This document shows positions 49,641 to 62,100 of a DNA stretch of 64,000 nucleotides, in pieces. Source of the stretch: Saccostrea cucullata. Its lineage: Eukaryota. The notes under the pieces are model-generated. The model had not been told where the DNA came from. It did no database searches and was given only the letters and a program-made list of their open reading frames with translations. Position 1 is the stretch's first letter; each line of letters starts with the position of its first letter. A program made the position numbers and the translations under genes. The stretch spans positions 372,001-436,000 of the forward strand of contig NW_026933408.1 in assembly GCF_032062105.1 (NCBI RefSeq), written 5' to 3'.

Positions 49641-50542
49641 ACATTCACACAAACTGGTTATGGGTACATATACAACACAAGAAGATAACAGAAAATAAAA
49701 ATGAGAGAGAGAGAAAGAGAGAACATCATAAATCGTTTGGATAACTACATATTCATTTCAGGATATTTAAGTTTTTATACTTATCTAAATTATTACTTGG
49801 GATTTTATGTTGAGGAAGTATTGTATATGTATATTTCAAATGATAATTTAAGTACATGAATGTGGAGGATTGAAATCTGTAAGCACAGCATGAATTTAAA
49901 TAACAAAGCTTGTAGGTCCTATACAGGAATTTAAATGCCTGCGTGTTCTGACCTGATGTACATTTCTACTTTCGTTTTATTGTTGATCACATTTACTTCC
50001 CGAAGAGTAACGTTGTTATGGCTTTTATATAAACAATACGCAAAGGATGATTTGAGGTAAGATATATTTTAATATACTTACTATTCGCGTCTTAATTAAT
50101 CTAATGAGAAGCAAAGGGCTATAGTTTTTTATGCTTTATAAAATGAAGCACATCTTATTAAACAATATAAGTGCCATAATGTAAAGACCGATTAGGACTG
50201 ACATCCATTCACACTAAGATAGTATCCATTGTGACGTAATTTAGACCTCTCTACATGTATTTTCATTTTTGTTTTGAATAATTTCATTGACCTAAATTTT
50301 TTTTATCAATTTGGTTAACATGTTAATTTAACTTTTTACTAATTATAGCCTAGATTATATATGCTCTCTCATTATTTTTCTAATTTGGAAGTATTTAAAG
50401 GTGCTTTTAATAATATATACATTTTTAAAAAATTCTCACAATTTTTGACAAAAATCCCAAATTGAATTAATTATTTCTTTTATTTAAAGCGTCTGCGTCA
50501 ATAACGCTTTCTTTTTAAATTTTATAGTTGAAAACTCATGCT

Positions 50543-53500
50543 ATGGCGAGTAAATCGAGTAATAAGGGTAAACAAACCAAAAAGAAAATCAACTCAGCCA
50601 GTCCTAAAGCACCGGTAAACCCATCACCACATCAAGGGTAATTTTTTTTAGATTCAAGATTAAACTTGTTAAATATATTACTAGTAAGTCAAGTTTTGTT
50701 TACTTTTTAATTTTGACATTTTCAATTGATTTTTAATTAGTTTCATGCATCTAGATGGTTAAAGGCCATATTTAAAAGAATGTTTACTTGCTCTTTCCCG
50801 ACTCAGGGTAACATGATTGGGTCGGTAGGTGGGTTGGTTAATTTTTTTCAGAAAATTTCAAAATATTTATTGACTGGTTAAGAGGAATAAAAAGAAAAAA
50901 ATCGTGTCCTGGAATGTGAAAAGAAGTTTTGAGTCGGGCCATTTTTAGTCAGTCGGTCGGAAGAGGGCAACCAAACAATTATTTAAAGATGACCTAATAT
51001 TCATTCCTTGTTCTCAATTCCTTTTCAGTGAAATTAGCAACGATTTCCTGAAAGACCTTTACGACGCCCAAATAAAAAGGTAAAGAAATATCTAGAAATC
51101 GTAAAGGCTCATTCACTTTAATTTCTTTTTGTTTGATATTAAAACATTGTTTATTGATATATAATTCCTTTTATAATTGTACAGATAAGTATCGAATATG
51201 TGTTTTCATAGAAAATAGTTAATGAATGGATGGTCTTCCTAATTTTATTTTCAAATATAGAGACGAAGACACCATCAAACAATTAAAAGAGGAAAATGAG
51301 CGATTGAAAAGTGAAGTACAAAGGTAATGTTACTCCACCTGATTAATATACAGGGCTCACGGTGGGTGTGACAGATCGACAGGGGCACTTACTCATCCTT
51401 GGCACCTGATCCCACCACTGGTATTTCTAGGGGGTCTATAATTTTTTCCCGTTAATCGTAAACTTTTACCTTTAGATTATATTTTCACCTGCAGTTCTCC
51501 AAATTTAACAGAAACACACATGTCTATATTTTTAAATGATGAATAGAATGTTTCATTTATTTAAATTAGCAACGCAAGTTTGGTTGGTAAAATTAAATTA
51601 GGCTTTTTCATATGGAATGTTGATAATTCAAGTTGGACACGAAGAAATGACACACGTGTATATTTTTTCTTTTATTTTTTATTCAGACTTTCCGATGAGA
51701 ATAAACGTATAAAGAGTGAACAAAATGAATTTAAAGAAGGTTCTACACTCAAAAGGTAAATTGATTTTTCACTAACATTTTCTCGAAATAATTTTTCCCT
51801 TTTTCTCCACTGATTATTAAAACTTTTGACTAATTTAGATTGTGTTTTTACTGCATTATAGCATACTGTATATGAACATTTTTTATAAGTAAAGAAGGTA
51901 TCTTTTTACCAACGTTTCAGAATAAAATTATCCGAAATATACATGCAAGCTAGCTCTCCAACATGTCGGACGTTCTTAGTGAATTTGTCTTTGACTTTTT
52001 AACTGAGTTTGAAGATTTTGAAAATTTATTTTGAGGTTAGCACTCGACAAATGTGAAATCACAGAAGCAAATATCAAGGAATTTAACGATATAAAGTTTG
52101 GAGATTTTTCCGTAACTTTCAAAATTTCAAAATGGATTAATCTTTTGAACGACTGGGAACTTTCAACAGAGTTAAATACATGTGTTTTAATTTAGTTAAA
52201 GGCTAAGAAATAGCTTAACATCTTCATTTTTCTGTAGTTATGAACTTGTGAAATAAAATTAGTTTTTTTTTCTCATGAACTGATTTCTGCCTCCTGCAGT
52301 GATATATGAAGGGGCGTGGAAAGTATTATCGTATATGTGATATGGGATATTTCACCACACAAAGATCAAAGAAAATCACCGCAGATATGCGACAATAGTA
52401 CTTAATCTGTCCTTATCATCTGATATCATAGATTTATATTTTATAACATAATTAGATTTTTTTAAAGTTAATATAATTATGCATATTGAATTTTAGTGAC
52501 CCTTCCACAAATCGTGAAAATGCCGATGAGAAAATGCAAAGCCTTAGAAAACAGCTTGATAATATGATTCTACATCATGACGAGAATGAAAAATATTTGA
52601 CTGAAGCTCAGGACGAAATCAAAACGTAAGGATTGAATATTGTTAAGTTGTTCATTTCATTAATCTATTATATTTTACGCTAACAAATGCCTCAGAAATT
52701 CATCACCGAGACTAAGAGATGACTTATTTCACAAATAGAAAGTAACTGTATGCCTCTGTTAACCAACTTTTTTTTTATATTCCTATCCAGTAGAACTTTT
52801 TTCGGAAATATCCACGAGAGAAGGAAATTCTTGCTGTAATCTCCAACCCCACTTTTTTCAATTAGCATAGTTAATTTCATTTTAGTTCAACTCGATATCC
52901 AATTGAGCTCAAAATAATAGATACCACTCTGGAACATCATCTCCTTCATATTTGGGTATTTTACGGACGTATACGGAAAGGGCTAACTAACACTAAATTG
53001 TATAACAAACATAGATAACTTCAGCTTTTTCATCGTCAAATTTTCAGTAATATTTATGTCGCAATATTCCAATCTATCTTTTTCAAATAGTGTCCACGTC
53101 ACCCAACGTATTCGATACTAAAGTTCATGCTCTAAGAATGTACAATTTTTAACCAAATCAGGCTACTGATAAAGTTGATTTTACGGGGATGAAGTTTATG
53201 TTATGGGGATTTCGTTTTATCGTTATAATTGACTTTGTTAACTGCAAACATCACCTTTCAGGCTTTGGGTCGTTTGGCTGACGTGTTTTATAGAAATTGG
53301 TAGATTTTTGTTTTATACAAGATTTGACAATGGAATATATATTACGTCTGCCTGATTAATACATAGAACCCAGGGTGTGACACTGGCAGGATATATTCCT
53401 ATGGAATTTCTGTGAACATATGAGGTTTCGTGCCATGTTCATAGATCTGTATTGTTCAAGATATTTTTGAGACACTGGTATTTCTTCGTTCGTTATTTTC

Positions 53501-54821
53501 ACCCTTTTCATTCACAGATATAAATCCAAAGCAGAAGAACTGGAAAGACAAGTGTCAGTATTACAAAGGTATTTAATAGACGGGCTTTTCGTTAGATTCT
53601 GAATATGTTTGATATACCGGTATATCTTTGTTCGTTATTTTCAACTTTTTCATTCACAGGTATAAATCTGAAGCAGAAGATCTGGAAAAACAAGTGTCAG
53701 TTTTACAAAGGTATACCAATACAAGAGTTTTTCATAGATTCTGAATATGAAGTTTGATTATCTGTCAATATATTAAAGACACCCAGTGCCCCTTAGATTT
53801 AATCTAGGCATAAAACTGACAAAACACTTATCATTGAAGTTTTGGGAAATAATCAAGGTCTTTAATTATCGGTTTATAGATAAATTTTCACGAGAGGATC
53901 TGATCATTTAGGAATAAGATGGACTGTCAAAGAAATCAGTTATATTGTGATGAACTTAATCCCTTCCCCCTTTATAAATGAAATTTATGATATTCGTTTT
54001 TTTAAACAATCACGATTGCATTTTTCTTACTTGGATATTACGATAGTTAAAATATAAAAGAATTATTTGAAAATTCTATTGTTTTGTTATGTAAAAATGT
54101 TATAAATTAATATTTTCTGTGATTCATTTCCCATTTCTACGTACTTGGTGATCGAAAAGGGTGTTGATGATCTTGATCATCATTTTTTTTCATCATATTT
54201 CAGTGAGGTTAATAAATTAAAAGAAGAGCTTGAAAAGAAGAGTAAAGAGAAAGAAGAGAAACCGAGCTCCTCGTTGCAAAAGAACGAGAAATCAAACGAA
54301 ATACAGGAAAAGTCCAAAGAAGAAAACAACGACAAAGAACTCAAACAGTGAATAACTAAGTATTTTTCTTTTTCAAGTCTAAATAAAGCACTGGTAAGGA
54401 AATGATAAATGTGGTTGACTTTTTTTGGTTAGAGGTATTATTGGAATTTTATTTTAAACCGTTTTGTGATTCAGATTTTAGTTTGTTTTTGAAGAGAAAG
54501 GAGGTTAGGTTAGGTTTGGTGAATATGGGACGCGTGTCAATAGTTTCAAAGCTACTGATTTTCAGGTTGTTAAATGAAGCATCTGATAATGTATTTAGAC
54601 TCAATGTACTTTTTTAATTCTATAATTTGCAGTAGAATATTTAAAAAGATTTTATTATTTATTGTTGGCAGAAAAAGCACAGAGATTGAAAAATTAACTA
54701 ACCAATTAGAAGACGAAAGGAGGTAAGACTAATAGAAATCATTGTAATAAAGCTATTATTTGGACAAAAAGCTTGTTATAATTAATAATGGTTCCTTTTA
54801 ATATAATAGAAAATTTATTCA

Positions 54822-54864
<43 letters not shown>

Positions 54865-54941
54865 CATTTTGTCCGGGTCCGTCCGTCCGTCTGTCTAGCT
54901 GTCTGTCTGTCCGTCTCTCTGTAAACTTTTCACATTTTCGA

Positions 54942-54975
<34 letters not shown>

Positions 54976-55002
54976 CAACTTTCCATAAATCATCCTTGGA
55001 TA

Positions 55003-55034
<32 letters not shown>

Positions 55035-58000
55035 ATATAATTGGCGATATAATTGGGAATTAATGAAAATTTGGTGGTATCTTTTAAAAATCTTCTTCTC
55101 AAGAACTACTCTGCCAGGAAAGATGAAACTTATGGGGAAACATCCTCAGGTAGTGTAGTTTCAAGTTCGTTCAAATCATGACCCCCGGGGATAGGGCGGG
55201 GCCAAAATGGCCACCCAAAGTTTTACATAGAAATATATAGGAAAATTCTTTAAAAATCTTCTTCACAAAAATACCAAAGCCATAACTGATCATTTTATAA
55301 GGAAGCATCCTCAGGTAGTGTAGATTCAAATTTCTTCAAATCATGACTCCCAGGGGTAGGGCGGGGCCACAATGGCCGACCAAAGTTTTACATAGAAATA
55401 TATATAGGAAAATTCTTTAAAAATCTTCTTCTCAAGAATAACAGAGCCATAATTGATCAAATTTATATGGAAGCATCCTCAGGTACTGTAGATTCAAGTT
55501 TCTTCAAATCATGACCCCCTGGGGTAGGGCGGGGCCACAATGGCCAACCAAAGTTTTACATAGAAATATATAGGAAAATTCTTTAAAAATCTTCTTCTCA
55601 AGAATAACAAAGCCATAATTGATCATATTTATATGGAAGCATCCTCTGGTAGTGTAGATTCAAGTTTGTTCAAATCATGACCTCCGGGGGTTGGGCGGGG
55701 CCACAATGGCCGACCAAAGTTTTACATAGAATTATATAGGAAAAATCTTCTTCTCAAGAATAACAAAGCCATGATTGATCATATTTATATGGAAGCATCC
55801 TCAGGTAGTGTACATTCAAGTTTGTTCAAATCATGACCCCCGGGGGTAGGGCGGGGCCACAATGGCCGACTCAAGTTTTACATAGAAATATATATAGGAA
55901 AATTCTTTAAAAATCTTTTTCTCAAGAATAACAAAGCCATAATTGATCATATTTATATGGAAGCATTCTCAGGTAGTGTAGATTGAAGTTTGTTCAAATC
56001 TTGACCCGCGGGGGTAGGGCGGGGCTACAATGGCCGACCAAAGTTTTACATAGAAATATATAGGAAAATTCTTTAAAAATCTTCTTCTCAAGAATAACAG
56101 AGCCATAATTGATCATATTCATATGGAAGCATCCTCAGGTAGTGTAGATTCAAGTTTGTTCAAATCATGACCCCCAGAGGTAGGGCGGGGCTACAATGGC
56201 CGACCAAATTTTACATAGAAATATATAGGAAAATTCTTTAAAAATCTTCTTCTCAAGAATACCAAAGCCATAATTGATCATATTTATATGGAAGCATCCT
56301 CAGGTAGTGTAGATTCAAGTTTGTTCAAATCATGACCTCCGGGGGTTGGCGGGGCCACAATGGCCGACCAAAGTTTTACATAGAATTATATAGGAAAAAT
56401 CTTCTTCTCAAGAATAACAAAGCCATGATTGATCATATTTATATGGAAGCATCCTCAGGTAGTGTAGATTCAAGTTTGTTCAAATCATGACCCCCGGGGG
56501 TAGGGCAGGGCCAAAATGGCCGACCAAAGTTTTACATAGAAATATATAGGAAAATACTTTAAAAATCTTCTTCTCAAGAATAACAAAGCCATAATTGATC
56601 ATATTTATATAGAAGCATCCTCAGGTAGTGTAGATTCAAGTTTGTTCAAATCATGACCCCCAGGGGTAGGGCGGGACCACAATGGCCGACCAAAGTTTTA
56701 CATAGAATTATATAAGAAAATTCTTTAAAAATCTTCTTCTCAAGAATACCAAAGCCATGATTGATCATATTTATATGGAAGCATCCTCAGGTAGTGTACA
56801 TTCAAGTTTGTTCAAATCATGACCCCCTGGGGTAGGGCGGGGCCACAATGGCCGACCAAAGTTTTACGTAGAAATATATAGGAAAATTCTTTAAAAATCT
56901 TATTCTCAAGAATAACAAAGCCATAATTGATCATATTTATATGGAAGCATCCTCAGGTAGTGTAGATTCAAGTTTCTTCAAATCATGACCCCTGGGGATA
57001 GGGTGGGGCCACAATGGCCGACCAAATTTTTACATAGAAATATATAGGGAAATTCTAAAAAATCTTCTTCTCAAGAATAACTAAGCCATAATTGATCATA
57101 TTTGTATGGAAGCATCCTCAGGTAGTGTAGATTCAAGTTTATTCAAATCATGACCCCTGGGGATAGGGTGGTTCCATATAATGGCCGACCAAAGTTTTAC
57201 ATAGAAATATATAGGAAAATTCTTTAAAAATCTTCTCAAGAGTACCAAAGCCATAATTGATCATATTTATATGGAAGCATCCTCAGGTAGTGTACATTCA
57301 AATTTGTTCAAATCATGACCCCCTGGGGTAGGGCGGGGCCACAATGGCCGACCAAAGTTTTACATAGAAATATATAGGAAAATTCTTTAAAAATCTTCTT
57401 CTCAAGAATAACAAAGCCATAATTGATCATATTTATATGGAAGCATCCTCAGGTAGTTGTGATTCAAGTTTGTTCAAATCATGACCCGCGGGGGTAGGTG
57501 GGGGCCACAATGGCCGACCAAAGTTTTACATAGAAATATATAGGAAAATTCTTTAAAAATCATTCTTCTCAAGAATAGCAAAACTATAACAGTTCAAAGG
57601 TTTACTTTTGGATTTAAACTTTTCAATAAGAAACCAATTTCTATTTTTTCCTAGCCACATTTCTCAGGTGAGTGATGTGGCCCATGGGCCTCTTGTTTTA
57701 AATTTTATGATTCTTAATCATCTGGAAATGCAGAGTCATAAGCTAAAAAAAAACAATAATTGAAAAGGTTAACTTAAGTGTATGTCCAATAATCGATTGG
57801 GAAAAAACTATATACAATATAAATCTGTGTAAAGGAAAATAGAACAGAACAGATCCTGAACATGCCATAAGTGGCCTCACTAAATTATCCTTTAAATGAA
57901 TTTTAAATAATATTGAAGAAAACACAGTGCAGATGTTGAAGAAATGAAAAGGAAGAACAAAGAAGAAAAGGAGACACACCAAAAAGATATTACCGAGTAA

Positions 58001-59068
58001 TATAAATGAGAGAAATTATTCATTTCAGCAAAGATATTTTGTATGCAAATAGAGAATAAACATTTTTTTTAATAAGTTACCTTTTCTTAATATCAAATAA
58101 TGTCTTTCTATTCCTTCTCTCTTTATAACAGCGTTAAGAGATTAATTGTGGAATAATATTCATTTATTTGTTTTTCATTTGTAACTTATTATTAACTATG
58201 AAGGAAAATAGAAATTTATAATACCAATAAACATTTCTGATTTTTAAAACTACAAATCAGTTTCTTGCAGAATATAATGTTCAGCGATAAGAGATTAAAT
58301 TTTCTTTGAACAATTTTTTTTGGACAGAAAAACAAAAGAACTTGAGAAATTAAAGCGCCAGTTAGAGGATGAAAAAAGGTTACAAATTTCTATGTTTTAT
58401 ATCTGAATTATATAAAACATTGTTTTTGTTTTCCGTTTTATTTCTCTTTTAAAAACTACTTAAGTAGGTGGATGATAACTTTTATACATTGTTTAATATT
58501 TTGACATTGAAACACCATCCATCACATCAAAGCATTAAACATTCAAGTGCCACAATGTACATCGATAGAGCTAGGACAATATTGCATAAACAATGTTAAT
58601 ATTAATTAAAGTACCCATGATTCATTTCTTAAAGAGTTCAATACAGGGTTTCGTGATCAAGAGAAACAACGCAAGTTAAATAACAATAAGGAAATCCGAT
58701 TTAATTTTAATGTTGTCATCTTCATAAGTTTAAAAAGATAATTTAACCTTTTGTATTTGCAGGAAAAATGAAGATAAAAAAGGAGTTCAGGAAGATGGAA
58801 ATGTAAAGATGATTAAAGACTTAGAAAAATCTATAGAAGAATTGCAAAGGTACAGTTGATGTGTTTGAAAGTAAATTAAAAGTTTCTTAATTTTTACGTA
58901 CCCTGATATATTCATGTTCATTGAAGTGCATCCTATGTACTCTGTAATTTATGTTTACAAGTTTAAAATTGAAGGATAGATTTCCCTACTACTGGCCTAC
59001 CTATAATTTTTAGCTTATATGCAACTTGACTTATGAACATGAAATATTTTTCCTCATTTTAATTTTCA

Positions 59069-59160
<92 letters not shown>

Positions 59161-62100
59161 AAGGTAAATACCTGTATTTATGTATGCTTTTGAAAAATTG
59201 CTTGCTGACTTAGTATAACGATTTTTTTTTAAATTAAATGATATTGAAGAAAACACAAAGCAGATGTTGAAGATCTGAAAAAGAAGCACAATGAAGAAAA
59301 CGAGAAACACAAAGAAACTATAACAGAGTAATATCAATATGAATATATTTTTCCTGTTGAATAAGTACTGTGAAATATATCTGTAAGCAAAGAGAGTAAT
59401 TCATTTTAAAAACTTTTTGTTGTCATCCGGTCACCATATGAGCAAGTAAAATCTGGAATCAGATTCAATTTATTTCATGCTATCACTCATTATTCACTAT
59501 AACCCATAAGAAAAAAATTGAAATTCATATTTGTTTAATGAAACGTTTGAATAATGATACCGAGCAATTTTTGACAGAAAAACAAAAGAACTTGAAAAAG
59601 TAACCCGACAGCTCAAGGATGAAACAGGGTAACATTTTAAAAACTTTTTTAACAAAAGTCTCTATCATAAATTCATTAGAATGTTGATATCAATAAAATG
59701 TTTCTTATTAAAAGAATGTGTAACTATCACTGAAATCGTTGTTGATAAAAAGAAGTACTAATTTTATAAAAGAAAATGATATTCTAATAAAAAAAAAATG
59801 CATCAATAAAAATTGTAATTAAATTAATGATTATTCGTACAAATGAAATTTGAAATTTCAAACGAATGGAAAATATCTCTATTACCATGGCATTTACTCC
59901 TTACCTTCATTATATTTTTCTTAATCGGAACTTCATGTTTGTCAAGTAATACAAAATCTTTTAGAATAAAATCTTGGGTTAATATGGACTCACGAAAAAA
60001 ATTGTAAAATAAGAAAAAGATTTTTAAAATTATAAAGGAAAATATATTTTTTATAATTAACGTTATTGGGATTTACTAGTAGCATTTTGATTTAAAAATG
60101 GGGGATCTTATAAATATCAATTTAACCTCTTCTAAATAAAAGTGGAAGCTTTAGATTTTCTCTTTCGATGTTAGATATTTGTGTTATATCTATTTCTATA
60201 GCATCTATGTTTTACATTCATGTTTAATCTTTAATTATTTGGGATTAATTTTGCACAATAAGGAAAAACGCCTTAATGAGATTATTTTAGAAGATTCTCG
60301 TCAATGACAATACTTTTATTGTTCCTTTAAAACAGATACGGGTTTGATCCTTTTGTCATATAGCACGATTTACAAAATAAAAAAAAAAAAAACCAAAACC
60401 CACATATTATGAATTCCTGAAGATTTATCTGTTAACCTGGAGTACGAAACACACAAAAGTATAACTTGTATACTTTGTCTTTGCAGGAAAAACAAAGATA
60501 AAGAAGCAGTGCGGGAAAATGAAAATGTGAAAAGAATTAAAGAACTAGAAAACATTATAGAAGAATTGAAAACGTAGGCAAAATGTCAATTTTTTTTAAA
60601 ATTAAATTTTATCTTAAATACAAATTTTGAAATATTTTGATATGAAGAGCGTATTTTGCTGCATCAGTTTACATGAGTCACAATTGCCAGTCCACGTTTT
60701 TTGTGTACTTTCCATGCTTTCTAATGAATGAAGATGCATTTATTATACATTAATATTCTACTAGGATAAACATTTAAAGTGGGAAATTTGATTGTATGCT
60801 ACATGATATGTACTTTTCAAAGTATTCATACGGAACCGTTTTACAAAACAAATAGATAAATGTTGATTCATAATCAAAGTGGCTTTTAATAGCAATCATA
60901 TTTATTTCATTTAAAGGGAAAATAAAATACTTCAAGAAGATTTCGAAAAAAGAAAGTCCAAAAAGTAAGTATTGTTTATAGTTCCACCCATATAAATCGA
61001 ATTTGTAGAGGGCTAAATTGACTTTGCCTGCTACCCAATCCCGTTCACTTTCATTGGTGAATAAAATTTTGTATAAATAAAAAAAATGTAGCAAATTATA
61101 CATTACACCATGTATGCCGATGGAGGCCTAAAAATGAAGATCTGTACTCGGCACTTTAAGTACTGTTTGACCAGTGAAGGAACTTTTTCGTGGCAGAACC
61201 TACTACAGTACGAGACCTGTTTCTCATTTGAAGGACCGATTTCATGTAGAAGTTTTTGAATAAATTTTTGCTTCATATGAGTATGCAAATAGATCTGCAC
61301 ATAACGAGTTTTAATCAGTGTCCATGTGAATTCTGATATATTTCCCTTGATTACTCTCTACCTTTGAATAAATCTCTCTTTCCATTGCAGTCAACCGAAA
61401 CTAACAAAGACATCAGATGACATATTAGCTTTGAAAGAAGAGAATGATTCTCTCAAAAACAGGTAGACATAACATTGCCATAACACGATAACAGGGATTT
61501 TTTTATGTTGTAAACATTGCTCCATTATAACCACAGAGGATCTTTTTGTTGATTGTATCAATGTTTCAAGAAGATTACATTCTATATTGTTCTTAACTAT
61601 TTTCCTTTCTTCGTAAAGACTCAGTCAGCTGGCGGGTGCCAAACTAACGGAAGGAAATCCTAATATTGCGGATCTCAGCGACAAGAACAGGCCTATCAAT
61701 TTGGCAGAAAAATTCTCAGAACTTTATGACAATGAATGGACAGATGCATTAGAAGAGATAATGGATAATGAAAAGAAAAGTGAAGAGGAAGGAATTAATG
61801 TTTTGTTTCATATAGTCAAGGTAAAACTCGTACTTTCCTTTTTGTGCATTGAGAAACATTCATCCCTTAATTGTTCTTCTCTCCTTCTCCATCTTTCTTA
61901 ATCTCTAAAACAAGTCAAACAATTTTTCTTCTGTCTTGTATGTAACTGTGGCTGTTTATATTTGTAATTTTTGTGATTGAAGAATATAAAAAAACTCTTT
62001 TGCATTTATGTTTTATTATCCATGCATTCAGCTTTCTGTTTGTGTCTGTGTATGTGAGCTTAGATGGAAAAAAGGAAAAAAAAATCCGATTTATTCTTAT

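Noticed and set aside
59071-59337. ORF with HT and YI repeats
   Set aside because: Translation of the (TA)n(TG)n microsatellite.
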